Assembly: GCF_006345805.1 (NCBI RefSeq)
Contig: NC_042997.1
Location: forward strand, 19,344,001-19,408,000
Direction: 5' to 3'
Length of the DNA stretch: 64,000 nucleotides
From: Octopus sinensis
Taxonomy: Eukaryota
Shown here: in pieces, positions 49,510-63,270 of the stretch
How the letters are laid out: every line of letters begins with the position of its first letter
How positions within the stretch are numbered: the first letter of the stretch is position 1
Notes under the pieces: model-generated
What the model saw: only the letters and a program-made list of their open reading frames with translations
Database searches by the model: none
Told to the model about the DNA's origin: nothing
Program-made: the position numbers and the translations under genes

Positions 49510-51000
49510 TGTATATTTAAATGATAAACTTCTGGTAAGTTTTTCAGAATTACAGTTCCAGTGATGGCTTGAATATGTAGTTTTCAAATCAGCTTTCTCC
49601 TTTCTGGTTTTGAGAAGCCTAATTTTTCAAGATTGGTATTTAGGCAGTGTGTTACATATCGCAGTGCACCGATAACTATAGGTATAAACCTGAACTTGTA
49701 ATCTAAATAGACTAACTGCAGATTTTTCAATAATTCAGCATAGATATTCCATTTTTTGCTGCTCTTTAACTTTAAGTTAATATCCACTGGGTAGCTGATT
49801 TCCACAACGGTATACAGTTTCTCTGCGGCGAGCTGGCAGAAACGTTAGCATGCTGGGCGAAATGCTTAGCGGTATTTCATCTGCGTTACGTTGTGAGTTC
49901 GAATTCCTCCGTGGTCGACTTTGCCTTTCATCCTTTCGGGGTCGATAAATTAAGTACCAGTTACGCACTGGGGTCGATGTAATCGACTTAATACCTATGT
50001 CTGTCCTTGTTTGTCCCCTCTGTGTTTGGCCCCTTGTGGGTAATAAAGAAATAGGTATACAGTTTCTCTTTTCTATCCCAAATTGTTATATCAGGTCTAC
50101 TCTGTTTACATTTTACTAAGGTTTTCACTGGGACATTCCAGCAGTACTCCTTTTTATTATGAATGGTTATGGTTTCTACCATACTGTGAGTTTTTCTTTC
50201 TTTATCCTTAGGGTATATCTCATTATACAGTGTTCTAGCTACAACATCATGTCTTATCAAGAGATAATACTGTGACAACATTTTCGGATAACTGTTCATG
50301 ACATGGATGATATCTTCGGTGTTAACTCCACAAAATCTGCATCGGTTAACACATTTTGCCACTTTTCCTGCATCTCTGCTCCTTTTGTGCATCAGGTATT
50401 TGGTTGATATTTCTTATTCTTGAATTGCAGACATAACCTTCAAAGTGGGAGGTAGTTGGTCCATGATATACTACTTTGATGATCAACGTTACTATCATCC
50501 TGGAGCTTTCTACTAACATATGCATGCATGGTCTTCTACTCATAAAGGCTCATCTTTTCATCTGATGATACATTGTGGTAGAGTTGTTTGGGCATATACT
50601 TAAGGTTATCAGACAAGGAATGCTGTTCAAGGAGCTGCTTTCCAAGTTTCATGATGTTATCAGCTACATGTATGCAAACTTGGTCAAGGGAATTGCTTCA
50701 ACACTTGGTGATTAAAAGATGTTACGAAATGGATATGATATGACATTCAAAGGCAGTCTGGGTTGATGTTGAGCCTCTGCCCCCTTGTTTTCATTTTAGG
50801 TAGCAGCGGTCTGCATCACTATTGATGTAGAAATTGTGTGTGCCAGTTAGTATCTTCTGGATTTTCACATCAATGGCTCAGATCTTGTGTATCAGTACTT
50901 GTCCTCTAAAAACAAAGCTATTATACATATCAATTAAGCATTTAATCTTCTTTGAAGTAGTTCCCTTGAAGAAGTACCTAGTGTTGTCTTCATTGAGAAA
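49510..51000 (-). mobile_element. RLE non-LTR retrotransposon 3' fragment (R4-like), interrupted by a SINE
   Basis: TSHFEGYVC..CRFCGVNTEDIIHVMNS..RHDVVA..RPDITIWDRKEKLYT|VVEISYP..FIPIVIGAL; zinc knuckle plus PD..E endonuclease. Confidence 0.85.
49825..50053 (+). mobile_element. SINE family B with 16-bp target-site duplication
   Basis: GGTATACAGTTTCTCT at 49809-49824 and 50054-50069. Confidence 0.95.
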
Positions 51001-51004
51001 GGCA

Positions 51005-51125
51005 TTCCTGGGGCTCTTTTGGGGATGGCAAACAGCTGCCTCTTTGGATTCTCATGAATTTTCTTGACATCTTGAAATCTTGTCCTTTTCAAGTAGGATT
51101 TGATTTTTGGAAATACTTTGACTGT
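51005..51125 (-). mobile_element. Mariner transposase C-terminal fragment
   Basis: VFPKIKSYLKRTRFQDVKKIHENPKRQLFAIPK resembles the mariner LFPKLK..LKG.RF block. Confidence 0.6.
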
Positions 51126-51499
51126 AATAACCTTCAAGCCATGACTATTTCCATGCACACACACACACACACACATTTTCTCTGTCATGATCACTGATAG
51201 AATTACTGTGATGTGGTGAGATGATCACACTCTACTTCTATTTCCAGAAGTAAGCAAGAATATTATAACTTAATGTACCTGCATGACAGAGATCAAGGTC
51301 AATCTGTGCTAAGCAGCTTCACTCTTCATACTTTACTGTTATCATAGTATCAATCCTGATACCATTTGATTGGACCTTATATGTATATCATTTGATGACT
51401 ACAAACATTTGATTACTGTAAACAAATCATCTGTGTGGTTGTTAGTAAGAAATTGTCAAACCCTCCTACATTGTCTAACAATGGGAGAGTCCATCTTTA

Positions 51500-51700
51500 T
51501 CATCATCATCATCATCATCATCGTTTAACGTCCGCTTTCCATGCTAGCATGGGTTGGACGTTTCGACTGGGGTCTGGGAAGCCAGAAGGCTGCCCCAGGC
51601 CCAGTCTGATCTGGCAGTGTTTCTTCAGTGTTTCTACAGCTGGATGCCCTTCCTAATGCCAACCACTCCGTGAGTGTAGTGGGTGCTTTTTACGTGCCAA
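51500..51700 (-). mobile_element. RTE 3' terminal fragment
   Basis: (CAT)n tail plus terminal block. Confidence 0.85.
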
Positions 51701-51749
51701 AGTTTTGGCCAGTATAGGCCCAGGCCAACTCTAACTCAATAGCACCATT

Positions 51750-52146
51750 CTTTTATTTGTTCCAGTCACTTGATTGCAGGCATGCTGAAGCACTGCCTTA
51801 AAAGGTTTTAGATGAAGAAATCAACCATAGGACATATTCTTTGTAAGTCTAGTACTTATTCTAACAGTCTCTTGTACTGAACTGCTACGTTACAGGGACA
51901 CCAGCATAGGTTGTCAAGCGAGGGACAAACACAGATACACACATACATATATACATACATACATTTATGCGTACAGACACACACACACATGCAATGGGCT
52001 TCTTTCAGCTTCCATCTACCAAATCCTCTCACAAGTCTTTGGTCAGCCCGAAGCAATTGTAAAAGTCACTTGCCCGAGGTGCCATGCAATGGAACTGGAC
52101 CTAGAACCATGTGGTTGGGAAGCAAGTTTCTTACCACAGAGCCACG
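51750..52146 (-). mobile_element. CORE-type SINE (family C), diverged
   Basis: Family C body, CORE block and head on the - strand. Confidence 0.8.
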
Positions 52147-52184
52147 CTATATATATATATATATATTATATATATATATATACA

Positions 52185-52737
52185 CGAGGGTGAGTCAAAA
52201 AGTAATGCAATTTTGTTTAGGACAGGTATAATAACCAACAAAGGAACATGTATCATACATCAAAATGAAGCTGGCCATCTGTGGATCACATCCCTACTTC
52301 TCAACATAGTCACTGTTCTCTCAATAACAATGTTCTACCTTCGAATGAGAGCATGTTTCCCAGCCCCGTAAATTTCTGTTGACTGTTCTTTGAGCCACTT
52401 CTTCACTACCTCCACACTTACCAGATTTAGTGCCTTCAGAATATCATCTCTTCGACGCCACAAAAGAGGGTTTGAGAGGCAAACATTATTCCAGTGACGA
52501 GGAAGTGAAAACTGTAGTGAAGAAGTGGCTCAAAGGACAATCAACAGAATTTTTCAGGGCAGGAATGCATGCTCTCATTCGAAGATGGAACATTGCTATT
52601 GAGAGAAATGGTGACTATGTTGAGTAGTAGGGATGTGATCTGCAGAGGACCAGCTTCATTTTGATGTATGACACAGGCCTGTGTTGGTAAATATACCTGT
52701 TCTAAACAAAATGGTATTACTTTTTGACTCACCCTCG
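52185..52737. mobile_element. Fold-back mariner MITE made of two transposase 3' ends
   Basis: TIR CGAGGGTGAGTCAAAAAGTAAT; arms 52185-52409 / 52514-52737; PSEYHLF..KEGLRGKHYSSDEEVK..RRWNIAIERNGDYVE; TA at the right flank. Confidence 0.9.
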
Positions 52738-53259
52738 TATGTACATATGTTACATATGTACAAATATATATATATGGGAACACATACAAGACTTTGAATT
52801 AAACAAATCAGGTTATAAAATGGAATTGATGATGATCATTCATATATCATATTTTTGAAGACTACATTTATTGAAAGAGTGTCAACTGCTCATCATTATA
52901 ACTGTGATTATTAAGATACATTTAAATATCTTTTAAAAGAAATAGATTGAAAAATAGATAGATAAATTGATAGATAAATATATAACTAGACATATAGTCT
53001 AAGAGAAGAGAGAGAGAATATGAAAGATAGATTAAGTATAAAAGTTTAAGATAGAATGATTGAAAATGGCGGATAAGCTGTGAGTGAAAGAGTAATTATA
53101 TGCAAAAGAAATTTCAGCGTACTTACTGACATTTCACTCACACGTTGATAATTATATCTCCGCTCACTCTCTATATCACTTAAATTAACCTTTATCTTAG
53201 ATGTCATCTAAGACATCAGGGTGATTACATAGTATGTTTTGCTGGATGTGCAATGTCAA

Positions 53260-53810
53260 TGTACATGTATGACACAGTGTAAGCTTTTTGAGAGAAAAGT
53301 TGGGCATAAGAAGCATCGAATGTGGTGCAAGAGAGACGACTGTGCTGGTATGGTCATGTGGTGCCTATGAATGAGGACAGCTATATAAAAGAAGTGCCAA
53401 TTTCTAACTGTGGAGGGAATCTGTGAACGTGGTAGATGCAGGAAGACATGAGACGAGGTGGTGAAGCATGATCTTCGAACATTGGGCCTCATAGAGGCAA
53501 TGACAAGTAACTGAGATCTATGGGAATATGCCATGCTTGAGAAGACTTGTCAAGCCAAGTGAAATCATGGCCGATGCTGGTCTCATGCAACAGGCACCCG
53601 TGCCAGTGGCACATAGAAGCACCCATGCCAGTGGCATGTAAAAAGCACCCATTACACTTTTGGAGTGGTTGGCTTTAGGAAGGGCATCCAGCTGTAAAAC
53701 CATGCTAAATCAGACTAGAACTTGGTGCAGCTCTCTGGCTTACCAGTTCCAGTCAAACCGTCCAACCCATACCAGCATGGAAAACAGACGCTAAATGACG
53801 ATGATGATGA
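53260..53810 (+). mobile_element. RTE 3' fragment
   Basis: Decayed L.WYGHV..M.EDS..K..GRCRKTWDEVVKHDLRTLGL, 3' UTR and (GAT)n tail. Confidence 0.85.
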
Positions 53811-54536
53811 TTGGAACACTGGTGGAGTTGATTTTCATTGTTTTCAAATGATTGGCTACAAAGTTGTCTTGTACACTAATAGAAGCTTTTTGCATTTGTA
53901 AAAGAAATGGTTGACTGTGGCCACAACAAAATAAGTTCCTAAAAATAAATTTCTGCTCAGAAATCTTGATGGCTGTTTCCATTTTCTGAACCTTTAATTT
54001 GAGCACAATCTGCAATTTCTAATACAACTAGTGTAAACAGTGGCCTTAAAAATAAATCAGATTCTATCAAACCTTAAATTGAAGATGAATTGTAACAATT
54101 CAGTAGAATTTTCACCTTCAATCTGAACATAAGCTGCCAAAGGTGTTGGTGGTATGTTCCATACAATTCCTTTCTTTACTTTTTCCAGATGTTATGCTAT
54201 CTTTAGAGAGGATCAATCCACTAATTGGGAAGTTTGAGGGATGTTTTCAAATACAGTCAAGATATGTGGATCCGATTTAGTGGGATGTTTGTCTATTTGA
54301 TTATGAACGGCTATTTGGGAAGTGAAACTGCCCTGGCAAGTTCATTTTCAAGCTGTTAATGTTGAAAAGTTTGTGGTGTATGAGTGAGACTGAGAAATTA
54401 GATTGTAATAAGATAATAAATAATTCATGGATTGTTGATGTTATTCACTACGAGTTTCTTTTGAGCTGTATATAGATTAAATATTTTTGCACAGTTAGTG
54501 TATGGTCTGCATCATGCAATAATTCTCTGCTTAATA

Positions 54537-55060
54537 TCATCATCATCATCGTTTGACGTCCGTTTTTCATGCTAGCATGGGTTGGACGATTTGACTGAGG
54601 GTTGGCAAACCAAATGGCTGCACCAGGCTTCAATCTTGATCTGGCAGAATTTACCACAGCTGAATGCCCTTCCTAATGCCAACCACTCTCTGAGTGTCGT
54701 GGGTGTTTTTATGTGCCAACAGCACGGGGCAGTCAGGTGGTACTGGCAATGACCTTGCTCGGATCTTTTACACATGCCACTGATACAGGTGCCAGTAAGG
54801 TGATGCTGGTAACGATCACGCTGGTGCCTTTTACGTGCCACCGGAAGCCAGTTAGCCACACTGGCAATGATCATACTTGGATGATGCTCTTAACACTCTA
54901 ATAGCATGGGGCTCGAGCGCCAGTAAGGTGACGCTGGTAACGATCACACTCGAATGGTACCTTTTATGTGCCACTGGCACGGAAGCTGGTTAGCTGCTCT
55001 GTCAACGATCACACTCGTATGGTGATCTTTGTACCCCGCTAACACTGATGCAATTCATCG
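54537..55060 (-). mobile_element. RTE 3' UTR with degenerate tandem units
   Basis: (CAT)n tail, terminal block and repeated GCCAGTAAGGTGA.GCTGGTAACGATCAC. Confidence 0.8.
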
Positions 55061-55393
55061 AATTTGATTTTGACTAAGATCAATATAATATTCTTTTAAA
55101 TATCAAATGCCATGTGATAATGTTGTAGGCTTCTTTCCTATGTCCCGAAATGAAGATGTATGATTGAAGCAGCATTTTCTTAAATTGATGTTTCTAAATG
55201 TGCAGTTTGCTACTGTTATTTTGTAGGCTTATGCTCATATCTTTTATGTTGGGAGTACAGTTGTAATTTCATTTTTTGACTGTTCCTATTGAAAAGTTTT
55301 TTGTAGAGTGGTAACTGAGAAAAACTCATATATTAGACCTAAGAATGTTTTAACAGTATGTAACTTAACATTTAAGGGAAATATATGCCTGGA

Positions 55394-55844
55394 CTATCTC
55401 TTTTATTTGTTTCAGTCATTTGACTGCGGCCATGCTGGAGCACCACCTTTAGTCGAGCAAATTGGCCCCAGGACTTATTCTTTGTAAGCTTAGTACTTAT
55501 TCTATCAGTCTCTTTTACCGAACCGCTAAGTTACGGGGACGTAAACACACCAGCATTGGTTGTCAAGCAATGTTGGGGGGTCAAACACAGACACACAAAC
55601 ATATACACATACATACATACATACATAAATACATACATAAATATATACATACATACATACATACATGCATACATATACGTATATACAATGGGCTTCTTTC
55701 AGTTTCCATCTACCAAATCCACTCACAAGGCTTTGGTCGGCCCAAGGCTATATTAGAAAACACTTGCCCAAGATGTCACACAATGAGACTGAATCCAGAA
55801 CCATGTGATTGGTAAGCAAGCTACTTACCACACAGCCACTCCTG
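55394..55844 (-). mobile_element. CORE-type tRNA SINE (family C), full-length
   Basis: Family C sequence with an internal (TACA)n. Confidence 0.9.
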
Positions 55845-56329
55845 TTTAAAGACAAGAAGTTAGGGAATGTGAATAATCTTATTTTCAAACCTTTGCTTTC
55901 AATTGCATGATTCTGACAATTTATAAAGCATTATTATGATAAGGTACTAGCTTATTGAAGATATTATTGTTAAATGTTTGAAGATCTTGCTAATGTTACT
56001 TATCAGTTTTTAAAAACTATGACTGGGTGTCAGGAGTTAATATTAATATACATTAATTTTTTGCTTTTTCTTTGATTTATTGTATAGTTGTATTTATTTG
56101 CAATTAAATTTACAGCAGTAACAATAAAAAATGCAGAATTTAAGAAACCTACTTTAGTAGAAAAGGCTATTTTGGTTGTACATTTTAAAGATGTTAATAT
56201 GCTGTTTCCTTAAGATAGCATATGCTCACTGGCATGGTAAAATACAGCAACCCATCTCAATATGCTCCAATATTTTAGGTGGTATTTTCTTACTTTGGGC
56301 ATAGCATATGAAAACATATTAAAGAGACC

Positions 56330-56595
56330 CAACACAAGTCCACTAAGAGAAATCATCACACAATGAAAATTAAAACTGGCTGGTCTGGTTGCCAGAACAA
56401 AGCAAATCTAAACCAACTTTCAAAAGGACACCACCAAATGGAACAAAAAAGAAAGGAAGACCAAATATTTACATGGCACAAAGCATTCATAACTGACATA
56501 AGAGAGGCTAATACGGCATGGCTGGATGCAGAGAAAATCTGTAGCCAACAGAAAGCACTGGAATCAGCCCACTGCTTAATGTACTTGAGAACATA
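56330..56595 (+). mobile_element. RTE (BovB-like) ORF2 C-terminal relic
   Basis: PLREIITQ*KLKLAGLVAR..KKGRP..TWHKAFITDIREANTAWLDAEKI. Confidence 0.65.
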
Positions 56596-56599
56596 GGCA

Positions 56600-57072
56600 A
56601 ACCTGATACCGATAGTGTGGTTATGGAGGCAAAGTGACCAAGCTCCTGGGTCTCAGGGAGGCAAAGTGACTGAGTTCCTTTTGATTGTTGGGCCTCAAGA
56701 ATGTGAGGTGGTTGAGTTCCTTTTGAGTGTTGGGCCTCATGGAAGCAAAGTGGCTAAGCTCCTTTTGAGTGTCAGGCCTCATGGAGGCAATGATCAAGAC
56801 CTTTGGCATCATCGTGCTTGAGAAGAAGACCCATCAAGCTGAGCAAATTCACAGTTGTGGCAGATACTATTATCATGCAAATGGCACCTGTACCAGCGAC
56901 ATGTTAAAGCACTCATTACACTCTTGGAGTGGTTGGTATTAGGAAGGGCATCCAGATTTAGAAAACCCCACCACACAAGACTGGAGCTTGGCATAGCTTT
57001 TTCGAGCATGCCAGCACAGTCAAACTGTCCAACCTATGCCAGCATGGGCAATGGACATTAAATGATGATGAT
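56600..57072 (+). mobile_element. RTE 3' UTR with 33-bp tandem units
   Basis: Repeated GAGTTCCTTTTGAGTGTTGGGCCTCATGGAGGC-like units at 56630-56790, then terminal block and (GAT)n. Confidence 0.8.
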
Positions 57073-57744
57073 TATACATGTATGTATAAATATGTGTATG
57101 TGTGTGTATATATATACCAATGAAATCAAATATTTATCCACAAATGAATGTCCCATTACTGACATCAAATTAACTTTGGGAATCTGAATTTTTTTATTTA
57201 TTTAGAAATCAAAAGATAAAATTAGATGACGTTAAATTGAGTGAACTTAGAGTTGTGTTTATTATTAAAGCTGTTGACCGAACTAATTACTGTACTGCAA
57301 GTAACATATTGCTGAAGGCTGGTTTCATTCTTAATAGTATTTTTAATTTTAATTTGAGTCATTCATGCTAATTAATTTTTATCTCTGTTTTTACAGGATT
57401 AATTAATCAGCATTTAAGATTAAAGTCAAAATTCTCATTGTGTCCTCTAAGCATAGCAACAACTGCTTTGCATTTGGCAAGCATTCTAACCAATTATCGA
57501 ATTTGATGTGTGAAATATTTAAAGATTTTGTTTTACTGTTTATATATTATTGTAATTATGACATCATTTTTGTTATTGTAGGTAAATTTTTTTATTAAAC
57601 AGTTATTTGTAGGTATTGTCTTCTATTTTGTAAAGGTTATTAATTTCATTGTGGAATATAAAATATATCTTGAAATCTTAATTGTGATAAGATTAAATCT
57701 AAATATGCTTTGGAATGTACTAATTTACCAATCCCAATAGCCGT

Positions 57745-58490
57745 AAAGGTTGACCAGAGTGGCTGCTCTAATTACAGAGGAATTTCCTTGTTAATTAACA
57801 AGGAGATTCCTCTGTAATTAGAGCAAGAAAAGTCTATTTTGGGTGTCTGACAAAGAGATGTTGGGATATTGTCAAGCTCAAGCTAGATGACGAACAGTGT
57901 AGATTTGGCCCCAGACAGTATAGTTGACCAAATATCCACTCTGCAACTGGTCTTCAAGAAGTCATGAAAGTATGGTCAAGAAGTATATGCTTGTTTCGTA
58001 GTCCTTGAAAAAGAATTGGGCTGCATTCAATGGGACTTGTTGTAAACCTTTCTACAGGAGTATGGGATTGATGGACAGCACCTTGTTGCCTTGAAGTCCC
58101 TATATGAATACCCAAGTATTTGTGTTTGGAGAAAAGACTAAGTCAAAATCATTCAGTTGGGTACCACCTTGTGTTCATAAACTTTATAGAGAAGACTGAC
58201 ATGCAAAGCTAGGTTGGAAGAGTAGGATCAGTCAGCTGGATTTTGAAAACGACATGGTGCTACTCAACTTGTTGGCAGATGATCTCTTACATGCACTTGA
58301 TACATTAACTGCTGATGGGCAAGAATGAAAATCAGTCCTGAGAAGACTGAGACACTCATCCTCTCAAGGAGGCCTGCACAGTGCATTCTACATGTGAGTG
58401 GAATCCTACTGAAGCAGATGGAGAAGCTCAAGTATGAGTGATGGGAGGCAGGAAACTGAATTAGATGCAAGAATTGTACTGAAGCACTAG
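57745..58490 (+). mobile_element. Decayed RTE reverse transcriptase fragment
   Basis: DQSGCSNYRGISLL, LDDEQCRF, DQISTLQLV, YACFVVLEK, MKISPEKTETL. Confidence 0.85.
57764..57825. repeat. 62-bp spacerless palindrome
   Basis: TGCTCTAATTACAGAGGAATTTCCTTGTTAA|TTAACAAGGAGATTCCTCTGTAATTAGAGCA; one mismatch. Confidence 0.95.
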
Positions 58491-61343
58491 CTTTAGCAGT
58501 CAATCATCATCAGAAGAAGGGATGCATCTGCCCTTACTGACAGATATGAATCTTGGGTATTGATACAGAGCATATAATCACAAATGGCCTCCACACAGTT
58601 TCTGTCTACCAATTTCACTTACAAGGCCCTAAGCTATAGCAGAAGATATGTGTCCAAGGTGCCCTACAGTGGGACTGAACCCATAACCATGAGATTGCAA
58701 AACACGCCTCCTGACCATGCTGCATATATATTAATCCACTCAATTTATACTGAAAACTTCGCAATGTCATCAAAAGGAATCAACTGATATATGATGAGTC
58801 TCTCTCAGGCAATCAGTTAATTTGCTATAGATCAGGTTACCTGTGAATAAAGAGGTATTGTAAATATGCACAATACAATGTGCTGTTTGACAAAATCTTG
58901 TTGCAATATTCAACTTCAGAATATTTCATATGCATTTAGATAAGTATATTCGGTGAACACATTTCAAAATTGTGATACTAATTATTAAAGGTGCATGCAT
59001 CCAACTCATGTTCAAAGCATCACATGCAGAACAGACATAAACCATATAGCGGATATAACTAAACTTTGATGGATTATATGACAATGGGACTAAAATAAAT
59101 CTGTCTCAACATCATAAGGGCTGAATTTGCTTTTCATGGCATAATAGTAAACATAGCTAATATGGTTAATAACATAATCAGTAGTATTAAGGTTTTCTCA
59201 CACCCCATTGCAAAAGCTCTTACATCTAGTCAAATGAAATCATGATCCCTCTCATCAATATTGACATTAGTTTTAACATTCACAATTCACACCTGCTTTT
59301 TTTGTTTTTATTCTCCCCATATTGCATGGTATATTTGATAACATGTTAGTGATAATATCATTCCCTGCACTGCTTAACACCTATTCTTCAATAGTGACAT
59401 GTTTCATGTGGTAATTCAATAACACCTCTCTGCAACACCTTATCATTAGACACTTCTACTGCTTATTTATTCAATTACCATCATTTCTTCAGCACAAGAA
59501 TATAGTTGAAGCTAATGAGAAGATGCTCAATTTACAGATCAGGCTGTGATCGAGGGCCAAAGTGTAATTTTATCCATCAGTGACAAAACTGCTTATTTTC
59601 ATTCGAGGACTATACATTTTCAAAGTTCTACATCTGCTTCACGAGAGTTAACTTGTCTATCGAACATATCTAAAAGTTATTTGTCTACATAAACAAGTTC
59701 TTGAAACAAAAAGTGAGATATTTTACTAAGAGATTTAATAGCTGATAAATTGTTAGGTTTTAAAAAAAACTTGCATTGTTTATTTTTTATCTGAGTTTGG
59801 TTGTTTGAAATATATAGACGGCATTATTTTATCTCTTGAGATGGATGATGTTTTATAGTTTCTTAGAAATCAGATAAATTCACTAATTGTAAAAATGTGA
59901 TATTCCTTAATTCATTGCACTTCTTTTCATGTTTCAAATCTTTTTCTTTTCTTTAGCCCAAAGAGTAAGAAGGTTTATAATGCACGGTATTTAAAAAAAA
60001 ATTATCTTTTTCTCTTTACTAATTGAAGTTCCAACAGTTTCTTTAATTATTCCTAGTCTAGTCAAGTTATCGTGTTTTACTTTGATCAATTTATGGAACA
60101 TGAGACAAAAGACTGCAAACATTTTTAATCATTTTATCAACTCACAGAAGTATTGAGAGAGAGAGAGAAAAAAAGAAAGTCTCGTGAGAGTTCTTAATTG
60201 TTGATTTTGTTTCAAATTTTTGAATGATAGAAGTCTGCATCACTGCATAATTATATAGTACTGCTTAGATAAAAAAAAAAAGAGGAAAAGAACCCAGCAT
60301 TTTGTGAACAATTAAGGATAATTTTATATATTTGTTTTTGTTTTTTTCCTTTTTTTTTCTAGTATGAAAGAATCTTTAAATGTAAAAAAAAAAGTACTTG
60401 AATGTCTTTATGAGCACTAAAACCCCCTGGAGTCTTAGAAAATTAAAGCCGAAAATCATAATGATGTAGCTGATTGAGTACATTTATGGCAGGTTGGTAA
60501 ACATGGTAAATGGAATAATTTGCCTTGCTTGAAGTTGTCAACAGCTCAAGGCCTGTGTGTGTCATATGAGCATGTGAGTATGTGTGTGTATTTGTGTGCA
60601 CGTGTGTATGTGTGTGTACGCATGCATGTGTGTATGTCTGTGTGTGTATGTGTTTGGGCGTGTGTTGCATACAAATTCATGGTGGTACTGTTATTTAACT
60701 CAAGGTCAGCCTTGACTAATGATGATCAAAAGCATTCCAGACATGACTACCTTATAATTCTTTTAAATATCTAAGACAACATAATCTAATGTACATTCTT
60801 TTCATTAAATGACTACAGAAAGAGATAGAGACAAACAAATATAGACATTTGGCTTCTAATTTTAGCAGAGAGAGTGATCACGTAAAGCCTCTGACATTGG
60901 TTAGTATGGTTTTATGTATATATGTGTATGAGTAAGAGTGAGAGAGAGCGAGAGAGTGTGTGTGTATGTGGAGTGTGCACTTTTAGAATATAAGTGGCAA
61001 CAAGTGTCAAATACAATATCAAATAGAGGATCTTCATGGTAACTGCTTATTTGTGTATTCAAAACTGTGACACTAGACATTATATATAAAATATTTATAC
61101 CTATCAGGAATAATTTGTCAATATTAATCAAGAACTTCAGAAGAAATTGGAAAACTTCTTTCAAACTATAAAAGATATACCCCAGAGTAAGACTATGCAG
61201 TTAAAATGCTCATTTTGCAACCACACAATTCCAGGTTTGATTCCACTGCATGGCACCTTGGGTATATGCTTTCTGTCATGACCTTAAGTCGAGTGGAATT
61301 GTGTGGAAGTCCATTATATATTTATGGATATATATTATATACT

Positions 61344-61575
61344 TATTTCTTTACTACCCACAAGGGGCTAAACATAGAGGGGACAAACAAGTACAGACAA
61401 ACGGATTAAGTCGATTACATTGACCCCAGTGCATCACTGGTACTTAATTTATCGACCCCGAAAGGATGAAAGGCAAAGTCGACCTCGGCGGAATTTGAAC
61501 TCAGAACATAGCGGCAGACGAAATATCGCTAAGTATTTCACCCAGCGTGCTAACGTTTCTGCCAGCTCACCGCCT
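61344..61575 (-). mobile_element. SINE family B, full-length
   Basis: Reverse complement of the 49825-50053 family. Confidence 0.9.
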
Positions 61576-61669
61576 TTATATATATTATATACTATATTAT
61601 ATATATATTATATACTTACATGCATATACACACACAAACACACACATATATATATATATATATACAAAC

Positions 61670-61741
<72 letters not shown>

Positions 61742-61745
61742 GAAT

Positions 61746-61903
61746 ATATTTCTTTACTACCCACAAGGAGTTAAACACAGAGGGGACAAACAAGGACAGA
61801 CAAAGGGATTAAGTCGATTACATCAACCCCAGTGCAGAAATTGTACTTAATTTATCAACCCCGAAAGGATGATAGGCAAAGTCGACCTCGGCAGAATTTG
61901 AAC
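61746..61903 (-). mobile_element. SINE family B, 5'-truncated
   Basis: Tail and central block only; ends in (TA)n. Confidence 0.85.
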
Positions 61904-61936
<33 letters not shown>

Positions 61937-62205
61937 ATGTATGTATATGTATGCATATATATATATCTATGTATGCATATACATATATCTATGTGTGCAC
62001 ACCTTTGTGTCTGTGTTTGTCCTCCATGACTGCTTGACAACTGGTGTTGCTGTGTTCACACCCCCATAACTTAGTGGTTCAGCAAAACAGACCAATAGAA
62101 TACATACTAGGCATAATATGAAAATAATAAGTTCTGAGATAAATTTGTTCAATTATAAACCCTTAAGGTACTACCCCAGCTTGGCCACAATCAAATGAGT
62201 GAAAC

Positions 62206-62545
62206 AAGTAAAAAGATTAAAAAATGATAAAAAGATATATAATACACATACACCTGTTTATATATACATCTGTGTGTGTATTGTACAAGTATGTATATCT
62301 TCTGGTGCTATTTATCAGAAGTAAAAAGATTAAAAAATGATAAAAAGATATATAATACACATACACCTGTTTATATATACATCTGTGTGTGTATTGTACA
62401 AGTATGTATATCTTCTGGTGCTATTTATCAGAAGTAAAAAGATTAAAAAATGATAAAAAGATATATAATACACATACACCTGTTTATATATACATCTGTG
62501 TGTGTATTGTACAAGTATGTATATCTTCTGGTGCTATTTATCAGA
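62206..62545 (+). repeat. 113-bp unit x3 tandem repeat
   Basis: Units start at 62206, 62319 and 62432 and appear identical. Confidence 0.95.
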
Positions 62546-62931
62546 TATTTGAACGGACTAGTGTACCCTATGTGGAAATTTTATGAAAATTACTGAAGAA
62601 TATGAGGACTTACATAATTAAATCATATTTTGGGCCTTGGCACTTCATTAGTCATGTTTCTGCTCACTTAATCTTGCTGAAGAATTTTTCCCTCTTTTTG
62701 GAAAACGTGTTTTGAAATTTAAATATTTTACCTGGCTTAAATATCTTATTTCTCAAAATAATCATAACCCCCTCTAATCACTTTGTGCCCATCATAATAT
62801 CTTTAACATTTGCCACCTCTATCTAAGAAGTGCTACCACCCAGATCATAATCGACTACTTCACAATGTTTACATCTCACATTGTCTTACTGATCTGAGTA
62901 TAAATTTCCATATCAAGCTATGCAGGATAGT

Positions 62932-63270
62932 CATCATCATCATCGTCCTCGTTTAACGTCCGTTTTCCATGCTAGCATGGGTTGGACGGTTTGACCGGAG
63001 TCTGGAAAGCCAGGAGGCTGCACCAGGCTCTAGTCTGATCTGGCAGTGTTTCTACAGCTGCATGCCCTTCCTAATGCCAACCACTCCGTAAGTGTAGTGG
63101 GTGCTTTTTACGTGGCACCAACACAGAAGCCAGTCATGGTGGCACTGGCATCGGCCACGTTTGGATAGTGCTTTTTACATGCCACTGGCACAGGTATCAC
63201 AACTACAATTTCCATTTGATATTTATTTTGATGTTGATGTACTTAACTCAATAGGTCTCCTCAAGCACAG
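62932..63270 (-). mobile_element. RTE 3' UTR fragment
   Basis: (CAT)n tail plus terminal block. Confidence 0.85.

Noticed and set aside
53990-54430. Possible second Penelope RT relic on the minus strand (also 1-760 and 16320-16630)
   Set aside because: Only scattered 3-5 residue resemblances; too decayed to support.
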